From NCBI GenBank assembly GCA_976226885.1, contig OZ320319.1, positions 31,124,001-31,188,000 on the forward strand: 64,000 nucleotides of DNA, given 5' to 3'. The notes below the pieces were generated by a model. It worked only from the letters and a program-made list of their open reading frames with translations. It searched no databases and was not told the DNA's origin. The position numbers were made by a program, and so were the translations under genes. This DNA comes from Iphione sp. A-MEVVRFRX5 (taxonomy: Eukaryota). This document shows, in pieces, positions 24,550-39,250 of this stretch (the stretch's first letter is position 1; each line of letters begins with the position of its first letter).

Positions 24550-27500
24550 GTCGAGCGAGCGCCCACCCAGATCTGACCTTCTCGTCACCCTATGGAACAC
24601 GGCTGACCTCATTAAGGATCTACGGCTTGGGATTACCTTCCGATCTGATCAGGTCCCATTCCGCAGTTTGTCGCTTTGACTCGGGGCGAGTACGGCGAAC
24701 GAGACCCCTGGCAGTCGTTAGACCACGCGCAAAGTGCTAGAGACATCCTTAACGACTGCGGGCCGCACACTCAACGCGGATTACCCCGGGCTCTCGGGCA
24801 CTTGGCTTGGCCAGGTTGAAAAGGTCATGTTTTCCTTTTCTTTCCATACCCTGGATTAACTAGACTTCTCGAATGGGCTCCTCTGACGCAATTCGTTTCA
24901 ACTGGCTATCGCCTGCTTCAATGAGGCCTGTATTCCAGAACACTCCCGATGTATCCGTCCTCTAAGGTTCAGAAAAAAGAGCAATCTCCCTAATTGGTTC
25001 TCGCTAAGTGTCTAGGTTTCGCTATATTTATACCTGTGCTTCCGTATCTGGCCATGGGGAACCACCCTGTTTATAATACCTACTTGTAACAAAGGTAGAT
25101 TGCTAGTTGCTGGTGATGCAAGTTTCCGATTTTATCCCCCCGGGTTAACGAAACGTAGGCAAGTTTTAGACAATTGTTGTATTCACATGTAATATGAAAT
25201 CTAAATACTACAAGGGACATTGTATAGTACAGTGAAAGCGATTTCTTTTCAAACAAAATATATCCAATCCATATAGACCGGATGACCAGTTCATGTCTAC
25301 GTTCATATACATGTACATGTACATGTATACGTTTCAGGAACGTTAGCCCTTATTCTTAGATTTGTTTGTTAGCGTATATGCTTTTAACTTCAACAAATCG
25401 AAAAGCTTTACATTGTGCATCTAACGCAATTAATGTTAAACAAACATATGTAGCCATGCTTGAACACTACGATACGAGTCTAGAACACCAGGCAAAACCC
25501 ATATAAAGACAAACCTAAAGCATTTCCCAAATAAGAGAAATTGTCCAGAAATCAGTAGAAAGTGGTGGTGACCGAGGGTATAGCTGGAGGTGTAGCCAGA
25601 GGTACCAGGGAAAAGCTGTGCGAGCTACTCTGTGAAATAAGTAGAGAGGGGGATACGGAGAGAAGAAGAGAGTGGTGAAAGAGAGAGACACACACAGCAG
25701 AATATAAGAAACTGGGACACACCAGCAATGATGACATATATCAGGACAACCCCTCTGCTCTCCACATTTGTTGCCATCTCTCTTGTATTTATGCATACAC
25801 ATACATTTATCTGTAAGTAATACAATCTTAAGCTGCATTTCTTTATTTTTATAGCAAGATGCCATGTTCCCTATACCGGTAGTTTTAAGAAGCCATTTTC
25901 TGTTGCAATTTCACCGTGGGTCGCACGGCGCCACCAAATCATTGCAGATTGTTTGTAAATGTGTTTATGGCATGGTTATAGATCGCAAACCTACTCCCCC
26001 GCCCCCCAAAAAAAGACAATCCACATGTACAAACCAATGCTCAGAGGACCAGTGATGTTAATGGACGACAGAAAATGTTTAGGAATGTTCCACTCGTTCT
26101 GGCTGTATTTGATTTCAAGCAATGGACCGAGGCAGAAATGCAATTAAATGGAAAGCAAAAACCAACATAGAACGAGGGCAATAATTACAGGGGCAACAAG
26201 CTTAGACGACAGGAGAGATAGACAGATTAATAGATAACATCGTCTGAAGAAGTGTGCGCCAGGCATAATTTGATATTCAAGATTTGGCTGAGGCGACTCA
26301 CATCATGAAGGCATTTTGGCCGATACTAGTTTATATTCAGACGGTTCTATAATCACCAGTTTGCCTTTTGTATGAAGGGACATTGTTTATGACTACATGT
26401 ATTATTATGTTTATGTATTATTAGAACATTATAATCAAGCCCATTCAGACGATGTGATTTCCCATAGATACTGCCGCCACTGAGTTTACAAACATGATAT
26501 ATTCCACTCCGAAAGGAAATGCATGAGACAATGAAAACTTAATCCGTATTATTAGATTACGTAACCCTTGTAACAAAGTTACAAGGCTCCTCTAAATCTC
26601 TGGAAATAGCAGCTGAATGATGGTCATTTACAAGGTGATGTCATATTAAGCAACAACCCGTGAATAAATTGGCAAAATTACCGTCTAACAAAGCATATCT
26701 GTAGGGTGTGTGCCCATCACTCTGTATTTGAATATCATGACTCATAGTATGTTGGTCCGTATCCACACTTCCCTTCGCTTTTTGATTTCTCAGGAATGTA
26801 TTTTTTTCTTTGCTCAAGTGCCTCATGTACTATTATAAAATTGCACACGTAGTCAACACCCCGTCCTGAAGGTAAATTAACCCATACACATCAACCGGCA
26901 AATGTACATATATACACTTAGAGTGTTGAGAAAAGGTATTCCCCAGTACAGGAATAGCATAAATATTATGTCAAGGGAGATATCTTTAATAGACTGTCTG
27001 GTTTCAAAAGGTCTCCCCCGAGTAGCTGTTAACAACGGGTAGACGGGATTCGGGGTCAGGTCTCCCCGCCCTATTCAGGCTCTTTACGCAACAGGCGACG
27101 CCCTCTAACGCCTTGTCACCTTTAGCTGAAATAAGACCCCGATGGGGACAGGTGCAATTGGGGCCCAATTATGGTCAACATGGAGTGTGTCTCCTAAGAA
27201 CTCCACGGAGTCTTAGCAGCATAACGTGAATAGACAAATCCGCGGTCCTCAGTGCCCCGTCATGCCGGACAGAGGGAAGAGGGAAGCGGTCGCTTGGCAG
27301 GCAACGACTGTTGGCTTTACATAATGTTCATGGGGGAGGTAAGAACGCAACCAATACATTGTCCACCGACAAGCCTTGAACAAGGGTCCGACGGCGCCTT
27401 TCTTACTGTCCCCAGGGTGCGCTCCGACCCTGAAACGCCCCTTTCCACCTCCAACCTAGTCAGACTCCTGTCCTTCATTGGATGTAGGGAGGTGTGCAAT

Positions 27501-30169
27501 TCTCCTCGCGGGGTTTGTTAAAATAGACACACCTGGCCAGGTAGAAGTGAGTGAGCGCGGACTCTCAATGCACACAGCCTAATTCCTACATCCTATTGAC
27601 ATTAAGCAGGCCGACGTCCCCTACAGTCTCAACAACCACCAAGTGGGCCTACTTGATACGCAAAGCCAAGGATAAACAGCAGTTCTCTCATTATCCCCTT
27701 TATTCCCCAATTCCTGCCCAGAGGCAAGCTGGCAGACGAACAGTACAGCCTAGACTACCCCGCCTATATACCCTGCTGTGCTGGGCCGTCGTGTTTGTTG
27801 TACTCTCATTCCATTGTGATTGTAAAATAAGGTCTACATTCTTTCAATTCAGGACAAACAGTTTACATCACCTTCTGTCGGACTTTAGCAAGATCATATA
27901 GCGATCAAGAGCAACACAAACAACTGCTAACTCCCTAGAATCTTGCCTTATTATGTGCAAGCACGCGGCGATTTACATAACGATACGGATATGATTCCAG
28001 TTCATTTTTACATATTCAGAAATTTTGATGATGGTGATTATCAGAGAAAACAAACCCTATATACTCAACCCTGAAAGGGCACAATGCTAAACGACCAAAA
28101 TTAGGCTTGAAGAATTTACATTCACGTTAATGACTTCTAAATACGTGTACATTCATTCCTTTCTTCATATAAGACGTTTCGCAAAGAGAATCCGATGTTA
28201 AATGGTGTGAAACGCAAATTTTCGATGGCATCATTTGCGATGAGTAACAATTCCCCCTCATTGGTAGTTACTACCTCCACAGAACCATTTTGGCAATTCC
28301 CTTTGACCTAAGCCTGAGGCCATCCTGCATAATGCATAAAACATCTTTACTGGGGCTTTGTGGAACGACTTTGAAGTCTTTCTTGTGTTTGTTTACAGCG
28401 TGGTATGTTGCTAGTTGATACGCCTCCTCGGCGTGTGATCCTGGGGCGGCGTTCTGGATGGGGTGTGGTATTCAAGGGACGAACGGGCGCGCGTGTCCAC
28501 TGCCCGGCGCGACACAACCCCCTTCTACCATAAATACCAATTACTCATTTCCTCTCACAGCACACCTGGCGGAGAAGGACGAGTAGCTCGGCTCGCCCTT
28601 TGTTTGTTTATACCTGTACACGTCAAACGACCAGACACAGCCGTCCCTTAGCTGTCTGGTGGTCTCTCAGCTGAGGGAATAGTTCACGAAAGCTCGCCAA
28701 ACAGATCTGTCCCTCGTGCTTTCTATCATGGGAGCCTAACCGTTCTCTGTGCGTTCTTTGGTTTTTAATACAAGTCCGTTCCATATGAGTTTCAGTTCTA
28801 CAACATTCCTTGTCCATTGTTTGCTGGAGAATGTTTTTTTTTAAGCATTTTTTTTCGCAGTTCTGTTTAGATAGACACTTCATTGTGGTCTCCATTTCCA
28901 GCAAAGTCTGCATTTTGTCCTGGCCATCTTAGCTTAAAACAAGACTTGTGTATCTGTTAACAATCTGCCAGTTGGCAAATGCTACCATTCCTATCCATCT
29001 ATTTTAGTGGCACATGAGCGTATGCCCTAATACCATTATGCTCCTCAGTAGGTGCTCGATCAGCATTACGGCGGCGGTATTTTCGCGCTGAAAAGAAATG
29101 CTATGCACAGCAATAAGGGGCCACACAGTTTGACTTGTATACGGCCGCTTGTACTAATATACAAACAACTAAATAAGAGGATATATTGCATGAGTATGAA
29201 GTCCGCCTCGTACTCAATAATTAAATCACTTTTCGTCTGCGTCATTGTCACAATTAAGCTTTGAGAATTTTCAAGACTGCAGGAAAAATAGGTCTCGTTT
29301 TAGAAGAGAGATTGTTTAAACTGTTCAAGTACCAACAATGGGATCTGGACTACTACCAACTGAGAAATGGTATTGCTTTGTAACTATGGGTACTGTAATT
29401 TGCGTGTTGACTTTCCCACTTGGAGTAATCCAACTATTGTCTACTGCTGTACTGCCTTGGCTATCCTGCTAGTATTCCAGTGCAGTTCCCTCTGAATATC
29501 CACCCTTAGTGTAAGTCCAAGTGGGTTTTTTCAGCTTAGCATTCCCACAGCAACAAGTTCTACTCAAGAGATCTAAGTGCAGACTGTTTTATTTGCCACA
29601 CAGGGCTCCTATTTATACAAAACCAGCATATCATGTGACCAATAGCAGTATTAACAATGTATCTTGTCATGGAATAAAATGGATACAAGATCTCAGTAGT
29701 AGTTATCCTTCACCAATCAGCTTTGAGCAAATAGTTACAATATAACAGACACCTGGGGATCCAGGGTCCAAGGTCACCTCTAGTGCTAAACTTGCCTACG
29801 GTAGCGTAGCTGTCCCTATTCTAAGGGTTCATTGAGTACATTAGCTTAGAAAGATGCCTACGAGGCTGTAGCCAATAGTAACTTCAGAGTTCACGGAGTA
29901 CACCTCATATGTCCTGCTATGGCTCCCTGTTCGTGACATGACCTTACTCTTCTACAGTATGTTCATATATATAGATATATACAAATACACAATGAATCAT
30001 GAAGCAAGTGTAATCAGCCCTTTCCCCTGTTTTTAAAGTCCAGTGACGTCTATAGATATGCATATATTTACACTGAAACCTCACTATTCTTGACACAGGA
30101 GGGACTTTACTGATTACTTCTGGAATGTGGGTGTTTGGAATAGCCAAAATCTGTTAGATATGGGTATTC

Positions 30170-30300
30170 ACTCTCCAAATTTGGTCCTCAAATTTACCAC
30201 AAATCGGGTTCACTACAACTCAGGTTGTTACTCCTCAAATTGAACACAAGCCAGGATTTTCTCCTCAAATTCACCACAAATGCGGTTTTAACCCCTCAAC
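30170..30300 (+). repeat. Degenerate internal repeat (ctcctcaaatt-accacaaa unit x3)
   Basis: cctcaaatttaccacaaa (~30185), ctcctcaaattgaacacaag (~30232), ctcctcaaattcaccacaaa (~30262). Confidence 0.7.
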
Positions 30301-33300
30301 TTCATCTTCAGTAGATCAGTGATGTTGTCCCACCGTCTTTTCTTCACTTTCCCAGAGACTTTTGTGACTTTTCTCACAATGCTCTATCACTGTCATGACT
30401 TTCCAGACAACTTTCTCAAGCACGTGTGAGTAGATCTGAACAATTCCCATCCCAATTGTCCCATGTTTCTAAAGTCCTCCTGTCTTTTCTCCCACCTTAG
30501 CCTTAGAAATTCATTGTGTAGACTGCAAAGAATGCGAGTATAGAAGTGAGTACATCTAGAATGACCACAGTAAATTAAATATGAAATAGAGGGTTTTTGT
30601 ATAGTTCTGTGAAAATGGTGTCCGGAATGAGCGGTAGTTAGGAATAGCTGGTCGTCTTGAGAGAGAGGTCCCGCAGTGTAGACGTCTGCCTGTGAACAGG
30701 TGAGCGGAAATGGAGAAGTGGCAGGATGTAAAGCATGGTTACCCTTCATGCTCACAGCACCTTATGTTTATGCATGACTTGGTGCCTCATGATAGGTCAC
30801 ACACAACTCCACGAAAGTCAGGGAAAAGCAACAAAACAGATCTTCTTTTCTCCGAAGGCAGAGGTAACATATCCATACTTGAGAAAATATTATTGGACTC
30901 TCCAGTTTGTCAAATATTTGCACATGCATAAGTCATTACCACGTGTATAGACCAGTATGTAATGTTGAGAAATATAATGTTATATGTATACAAATATTTC
31001 AATTCGCTTTACTCATTAGTGACTGCTCCAAATATAGATGACAAAGAGAATAGACGGCGACCACATTTTATCCTATAATGATTCACTGTGCAGCTCGTGG
31101 ATACTGTAGATGCCTTTTTTCAATACTCCATCGTTAAGTCTGGAAAAACGTCGTTGCTAAGCCTCGGTCGTCTTCGGCTTTCCAGACTTTTACTTTATGT
31201 ATTATACCCGCTACTTTGTCGATACAATGTACTTAAGTTGAGTCAACAAGGAAGCGTACTGAAAGGGCCCCCATCTTAAGACAAGGGAGAGTCTTTAACG
31301 CAGTTCCTGAAACTTTTCCTTTCCCATGTAAATATCGATCCTAACATCTGCGCAGTTGTGTGTTGAAGGACCCTGGGCCCCTTGTTCCGCGTAGTGCATG
31401 AAACCGCCTGTGGCCACAATTTTCATTCTTTGTTTCTGACTAAACGCTCTCAGCTGCCCTGCCGGTGTGGCTGTGTTGACACCGCCCCACTTCACCCATT
31501 ATCACCCGCTCTACCGCCGATCATGTTGCCTTTTCAGTTAGCTCCGAGGCTTACAATCACGTGCCATTCCCCTAACTCCCATAGTAATTATTCTCCCGGG
31601 TTCAATCCTCGCGTCTATTGAAAAGAGGCGACGATGAGCGAGAGGCGGGTGGGCGAGGAGATTGTGGTGGCGGGTGGGCGGCCGGCTGGCGGGAGAGAAA
31701 AGGGGGCGGGGAGGGGGGGTCCAAGGCAGGGCATTGGGCGCCACCCGCTGTGGCGCCTCCCTGGCGTGCCTCGTGGGGGTGTCACCGTCGCGACCTTCGC
31801 TGACCTTGTGTCAGGCGACGTCATCTATTCGTCGTTGAAACCAAGTCGCCTACTCCCGGGGTCGGACGATGATCCACAACCGACATGCTGCAGAGGGAGG
31901 GAAGCCCCTAACCGCCGCTCTCTATAGCTAGGGGAAACAACCCAGGGCGTGCGGTATTATAACGGTGCTTCTCGTCGTTGAGGCTTTATTAAATTACATT
32001 CGCTTCATTAGAACAGGCCCTTTTGTCCCTAGCCAACCGACAGCGCAGTTGCCGCTCGCGCTTGGGCGCGGACGCGCACGACACTTGCATGACAGGCGAT
32101 GCCACACCTGCGGCGAGTTCGTTTTGTAAAGCAGGACATCCGCGTCCTCAGCGACCGTCTTCTCTACCCCCACGCTCACTCAACTTCTCGTTGTCCTTTA
32201 AGCGACCCCTCTGGCGTTATTTATCTCTATTGGTTCCTAGTTTGCCTTGCTGGCCCGCTCTAGACCAGCTGCTCCAGCCCGGCCTCCTAGCATTAATGAA
32301 TCGGAAAGAAAACTGGCTGTGGCAGGTGATTAATTTGAGTTCACGCTTCACTTAATGTATCCTCAACGTCGATATAACTTTTTTTACTTCTCATCAAGAG
32401 TCAAGCATGGCGTGGTAACCTTATTATTTGTTGTGGTGGTCCCTCTCCCTCAGAAGTAGGGATGGGGTAGAAGCAACAGAAAGAAAAAGATAATCAGAAG
32501 AAATAAAAGGCCTATGAAGCACCGTTCACGTATGACCGCCAATATTGATAACCCAGTATTTTTTTTCCTTCTCATGTTGCTCCGGGCTAGAAATAATGTT
32601 GTTTTCACACCCTCGCAACAAGTCATCGATTTTTCCTCCAGGGCATGTTTGCTACTGCCATGCATTAGAAACATGTGATGGTCACTTTGCACTGAGAGCC
32701 CAAGAGATTCAAATGCTCTTGGGAATAACTGCATGACTTGCTGAAAGGCCTCACTTTTGGTTGATGTATTTTAAATGACGGTAACTCGAACGGATTTTTT
32801 TAGGCTCTTCAGCTGACACTTTCCTCCGATCTATATATCCAGGAGGCGTGCATGTTCTTACGTACTTGACGCCACCTTCAGCACACGTATATAGTACGTT
32901 GTACATGTGTATGTGCACTTAATTTACATAATGAGCATTCGGTTTGAGGTAATCATCTCATCGTCTGGTGAATATGGAAGATGTGTCTGGAGAAAGAGTT
33001 AAACTGCATGGGATAAAGGGTTCGAAAGGAAGGATCATGAGCATGGGAAGTGTGACAGATAACTTTTTAATAGGCGGGTGGTGCTTGGCGGCTATGGCTC
33101 CTTCCAATCCGACCCATAAAGCAATCGGTACAATTCGTCATTTAATAAGAAGGCCGAGCTATAGCCGATACACGCTATATGTACATGCAGTGCTCTCACG
33201 TTCATAACGAATATACGTGCTCAATATGCCAGACGTTTCTTTTTTTTCAATATGTATTCACACACACTTCCCATTAAATGTCATTAACTTATATTTAATA

Positions 33301-36300
33301 TACTAAATACGGTGTATGCATTAAGCATTTCTGGTGAAAGATAATAGATAATCCAATTTACTAGACGTATATATATTTGTCCTACAAAGCGGCACGCCAC
33401 TCATCCCTCATTGACCGCTAAGCTGTGTGACGATCCATGTCCCATTGGTCGCAGAGCCTCCATGCGAAACCCTGGCAGTTCTGGTTGCGTCGATCCTCAA
33501 GCGCCTCCATAATTCGCTTGGCTTAGCTCACTTGCCACAGCAGCAGCCGTACCGGCAGGAAGAAGAAGTAGTAGAAAAAGACACCCGCCACCGCAGCAGG
33601 CAGTGATTCTAGTTGCGGGCTTTTACCAGCTCCACTCCCCATCCTACTACCCCAGCCCAACTCACCCTACCGCCTCCTCCCTCTCCTCTGGCATGTTGGC
33701 CCCGCAACAGCAGCATCCCCTGCTACTGAGCCAGCCGGCTCCACAAAGCCTACCCCTTCAACCTACTTCACGCGCCCGCCGGACCAAATCAATGCCTCCA
33801 TTTCAGCTGCTGATCCTTAACTTTGATCTGACGTGACTGGCATTCCTCAACTTCGCCTGTTGACATAATCGATGCCTTTGCTCTCTTGATGTTTTGCTCG
33901 CGATCAGTTGTATAGTGATGGCTTCTCTCTTTTCATCCCTCCTCCCTCCCCACATCCCCGGCCCCTCTCGTGCCATTTCTTGCAGTTCCGGATGTTCCTT
34001 ACCCCAACGGTCAGAGAGCGACAGAGCAGCGTCCGACGGTAGGACAGGAAACTGCCATCGACTGGTCAGGTACGTCGCTTCCGTAACTCGCCACGTCGCG
34101 TGCACCATCGCGTGACGTCGCGGGGTACGATTTAACGGCTAATGGTAGCGATCCACTCCGGTAATGACGGTAAGGCTTACTGGACGGGTCCGATTAGTTC
34201 CTGTTGTGCTATTTTCCCTCCTCTTAGTCATTCTGTCATTTTCACACTAATCATTTAACCGTCACCGACCACCCATCACCTCTGGGGAGGGTGCCGATTG
34301 CGTCACCTTCATTTGTTGTTTTTCTCTTTTACATCTTTTTTTTCCTCAATTACAATCACCTCCAAGCAACCGAGACGTACACTTTGTCTTTCTTCTTCCT
34401 CTTGCCATTCAAAACAAATTGTGCATGTTCGCCTGAAGCATGGTAGAAGAAAAGATCAATTTCACACCCAGTAGATCGTAGATCCCACTTCGCACGTCGT
34501 GAATTTTTGCCTCTTAGAGCACAGCTCATTTGGAGTATATGACGCAACCACAGTTAACAATATTCACATGTAGAAAAGTAGTTCCTGGTGAACTTTTACT
34601 TGTACACTTTATATTCTCATAGACTTTCTGTACTGATCTAGACAATATATCAGATTCACCTTCCACTTACACACCCTCGTGACAATCGTTTCTCACCTTC
34701 ACTATAAATTCTTAGCAGAAGAGGTTTGCTAATTGTTGTATGTTTGATGGACGTTTGTTTGTTGTACCTTCATTTTTTCCGGTTTATCCTTTTTATATAC
34801 CCCACAAAACACATTTGGCATGTCTTCCATCCTGAAACAACTTTGTTACTTCCTCACAGAGAAATTATGTTAGGCGGACGCTGTTTGGATAGCGCGGCTA
34901 CATTTAGTCTGAAGTCCGTTCGCCTATTTGCCCATTTTCTATAACTCTAGTCCTGGTTTCTCTGCGGGAACATATTCTGGATTCGCTCTGCTAATACCTA
35001 CACCAGTATATAGACATATATACACACATTTTACCGTCATTTAGGAGATTCGGTAGTAGTAGTTCTGGTCGTATTTAGCTCATAACAATCGATCTAATCT
35101 CTTATAGATTATCGCCAGGCGTGGGCATCTGTCGGTAAGTACACTCTGGGATTGCAGTCATCCAATCGATCCCCTCTCACTGCACCTTTGTTCCCTCCCA
35201 AATTCAGTTCCGTTTTTTTTCTTGCAATCCTTCGTTATGTTTGTTCCTTCTTTAGTATACGACATCCGTTTGGTATTAAACAACACACATTGATCAGGTC
35301 ATCTTTACATCCATCCTACCATTTCTCTTCAAAGTACATTTACAAACAGAAACTCATTGTCTTTCTGTCTTATCCTGCTCTTTGTGATAAGGACGAGAAT
35401 GGAAAGCATCTCAAGTCCGCATTGATGTCTCGGAAGGGAAATTCAATCTTACATTTCATATGGATACTTGTTAATAGATTATCCTTTTTCTCTGTAAAGT
35501 ACTGTTTATTGTATCTCAGTCTCGACGATTACGAATGTTATCAATGAGGTCAAGGAAAGCCACGTATCAGGACTGTACGCCTGAGTGACGAGCTAGTATG
35601 GTAAGATCGAGCAGACAATTGGGCATTGTGTACTGGATCCTTACAATAGCTCGCCGTTGATAATAGTCGCATACAGACTCCCTTGAATAGATGGAAGTGG
35701 TGACCGCAGCAATCTGGCGCTTAGGTAATGGGCAGGAATCGTCTCTGACAGACATTTAAGATGAAGTCAAGATAGTCAACTATTGGTAACGGTAGTTAGT
35801 GTTACCTGAGGGAGAACTCGTAGATGAGGGGATACCCGTGGACATCAAGGTAAGGCAAACAAGGAGTACATTGTTTGAACGTGTTTGGCATGGTATATCT
35901 GCTGATGGTGAATAGAAGCTAAAACACCATCTTTTTGATACAGTACGGTGCTATTGGCATGCACAACTTGTAAATATTCAAAGTATTCATATGTGAACGT
36001 AACATACATAGCACTGCCTACATTTTGAATGTAGCACATATCTGGACTTTGTGTCGACTTTCTTCCTTTCATTGAAGTGCTTTTTATTCGTGAAATTTCT
36101 TATTTTCTTTTTCTGTGTATTGTTCGCTGAAGTTGTTATATGTAGAGTCAGTTCACTTATATTACAGTTTGGTCCATTACAAAGGTCAGGCCTTTGAATA
36201 CCGCGTGGAAGATGCTAGGATAGAATCATGTAAACCAGCAACATTATTGGGTGTCACTATAAAGCAAGGGAAATGAGACCTTAAACCTTTGTCAAGATGT

Positions 36301-37009
36301 GATATTTAGCAGGAAATCTTCTCCAGCACGCATTTAATCCCTCCTTTTTCTATGTTCTATTTCATGCGCATAACTCAATTTTAAAAAGCACAAACATGGA
36401 AAGGTGGACGAGTAGGCGCTTAATCCAGCACACTTGGCTCGTGTTTAGGATGGGATCTTCACGCTCTGCCCATTCTGATACCTGCTGGCTTAAGCACTCT
36501 TGCTTCAGATCAGATTCAGAATGATAAGGCAAACACTGCCTGGTCATACTTGCTTCAGGTCGGTGTGGGGTGCTGTTGAGCAGCACTACCCACCCCTCAC
36601 CTCCTGAAAGAGTGCGCATCCGTCTTGTTTTGTGAGTTTAAGACGAAGCCAATGCCCTGGGACACGATTCAAGGATGATTTATACAGAGACAAAAACGAA
36701 TAGAGGTAGATGCTATTTAACGAGCAGAGAAAGGGGCAACTGGCGCACCCCTCAAATCTAGACATTTAAGACCGCCTTCACGAAAATGCCCCTCCAAGAG
36801 TTCAAGCAGTGCACTCGCGTTCAATGCTAGTGCGTAATGATTTGTGTTTCTCTCCACCAGAAGCAGCAGGCGTTAATATTTCATCTACAAATTTGACATA
36901 CTTGACAGTGGTTCTTCGTCAGACTCCTCCCCTCTCACAGGTAAAAATGTATGTAGAAAACACGTAGTTTTGTTTGGACCAACAAGGTATCCCGCTGGGT
37001 ACATCCGTC

Positions 37010-37380
37010 CTTTAAATACAAGTCCTCCTTAGATCGACAGGCATATATAATAAGGCCCGTCGCATACCTCGTTTAGTGTTTACCTTTCTTCCTTCAAATA
37101 CATTCATACCACTGCCATACCTAGGTTCTGATTCACAGCAGTTTAGCATGCAAATATAGATCAAGTCATTGAAATAGCGAAGGATGAAGTTGACATATGA
37201 AAGATTCATGCAATAAAAGATGTTGTCAAACTTCGGAAGCTTGTCAGGATGTCTCCGGTGAAAAAGGGGCCATATTAGCAATACCAGCCTCCCAAGCTTT
37301 CCTGAATCCACCACTTAGACGATCGTAAATTGAATGAACATCAAACGCTAGCCTACTTTGTTTGCTCGATCGGCTAAAAT
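37010..37380 (-). mobile_element. Penelope-like RT remnant
   Basis: Minus strand: FDVHSIY (cf. fDV.SLYT), GIANMAPFSP (cf. G.aMG..SP), DNIF, ILRYFNDLIYI (cf. RY.DDif.i); internally deleted. Confidence 0.45.
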
Positions 37381-38599
37381 AAAACGGATTAATGAGCGCG
37401 TCTTGGCAGGCGGTGGGCGCCCGTAGTCGGGTCGATACCATCCGTCAACGGAGGCTCCTACCACCATCGTCCAGCGGGCGCACCCAGTTAGGCGCCAGCG
37501 CCCATGAACTGGTGGGAACCGATGGCGCTACGTTGGACGGTGACGCACTGTTATGATGCCGTATACAGATTGGTTGGTCCCATAGCAGGTCGCGGGTGCC
37601 GGCCTCGCTGCTCGCTGTCAGCGAACATGACATCGGCATGCGGAGCGTTTGTCCCGCAGTACACGCCCGCTCATCCGACGTATGTACTGTCAGTGTAATT
37701 TTCCTCCTCCTCCCTCTCGCTGTCTGAGCTCTGATGAGTTCGTCAGTCCTCTCCCTTGATGATTGCCATATAGCATGATGCACGTGTATATAAAAATCAT
37801 TACTGCCCCACCCGAGTGGTGATGTTTTCCTTATTTATCCTGGTACCACCAGGTAAAGTTACAATATGTTTTTTTGGGGGGTTAATACGGATTGCTTGGT
37901 ATCTCCGTGATGATCAAAACTTGTCACTGCAATGTTGCGATAAGCAGTGATACCTGTGGGCAACATGCCAACATCTAGGTGCTGCTATCTAGCATCTAGA
38001 GAAAGGCGATGGCAGCCATGTTGCCTGCTCGGTGGGTCTTCGGTGCAGGTGGGTGCAATCGTCTGACGCACCGTGGGAGGTTCTCGGCAGGTCAGACGAT
38101 GCGGGTGGGTGGGCGCGGCGCACGTTGAAGAGGATGGTGATCTCCGGCGGGAGGAATCCATCTCCGGAGGCAAATGAAATACAAAAGGCGTGCGGCGATC
38201 AGGGGGCGGGGGGGGGGGGGGGACCGCCCACCGAAAGGCGGCCATCTCGAGAACGATCACGCTGCAGGTGGTCGCTGTAAATACCCCCTTCATGTTCACC
38301 TGTTCGCTGTAGACGTACCATGCTAACACCTGATGCTCACTTCCTTGCTCGCACCTGAAAGTTGCAATTAAAGCTCCTTTCCCCCCCGCAGCTAAGAGGG
38401 TCGTTAGAGAAGGGCAGCAATTTCCTATGGTGCTCTTCGATGGTATCGGTCGGTCGTGGCAGCAATTAGTCGCAGAAGCAGATGACATCTTCACATTAGG
38501 CGACAGCTCCATGCAAAACGGTGACGCAGACAAACATCAAGGTTCTCAGTAAATCTTTCCCGCTTGCTTGATTACCGGAGAGAAACCAGAGCGGTGTCA

Positions 38600-39250
38600 C
38601 AATAGGCTAAATAATGTGCCTCATGTTCGGTCTGTGGCAATTACGAGTTGTTCTCGTATATTATCATGGCCTCCTCCTTCCACGCCCACCAGCGCCGGTG
38701 ACGTCTTAGGCTAAAATCATGACCCATGAGACTGGCAATCAACTCACCAATCTGTCATGGTTTTGATCACGATCAGTTATTCATGGCGCCAGTGCGGAAG
38801 CTTCTTTGATATATGTCAGGAGGTCTTGGGAAATTATGCAATTGCTCCTACAATGATGTTTGTATTCTTTTGCAAAGCACCCCCTACGTTCTCGGTATTC
38901 CTTGCACTGGCGGTGTATAATTACAAACATAATGCCTGGTATAATTTCTGAGTGTCTCCACTTTGATCAGATGGAGTGGGGATTTCTTTCGACGAATGTG
39001 TGCAGACTATGCAGATTGGACCCAAAAATGATATATGGGCGACATGAAAACCCATTATTTATTTGTAAACGGCTTGTAATTTTTTTCACCTCAGTATTGA
39101 GGCCATAAACGCGCCGAAATTGTGCACCATGTGGGCCAGGTTTTGTCGGACTCTGCGGGACGATGGCAGCCCCCAAACGCCCTGTTCCTCAATGGACTAA
39201 GACACCGGAGAGAATGTACACAGGATGTACGTATAATAGACCAACCACCT
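38600..39250 (+). mobile_element. Penelope-like RT remnant
   Basis: Frameshifted NLSWF-DH..PVRKL..YVR (cf. lS.flD..L.p.v..lpSYv.D), DVCILLQSTP..GI (cf. DV.sLyt.IP), FFR....GPKM....LF..L, MWARF..DD at 39129-39164 (cf. W.RY.DD). Confidence 0.45.

Noticed and set aside
26566-26586. Perfect 9-bp hairpin CCTTGTAAC-AAA-GTTACAAGG as a Helitron end or terminator
   Set aside because: No CTRR terminus downstream; intrinsic terminators are not relevant in this eukaryotic context
37725-37750. CTGATGA as a hammerhead ribozyme core
   Set aside because: It forms a local hairpin with TCGTCAG and has no stem II followed by GAAA on either strand
37985-38533. 182-aa minus ORF, and a + strand VREG..MVLF..ADDI RT-like echo
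   Set aside because: The ORF is explained by GC-richness and poly-G; the RT-like spacing is too short and unsupported by other motifs
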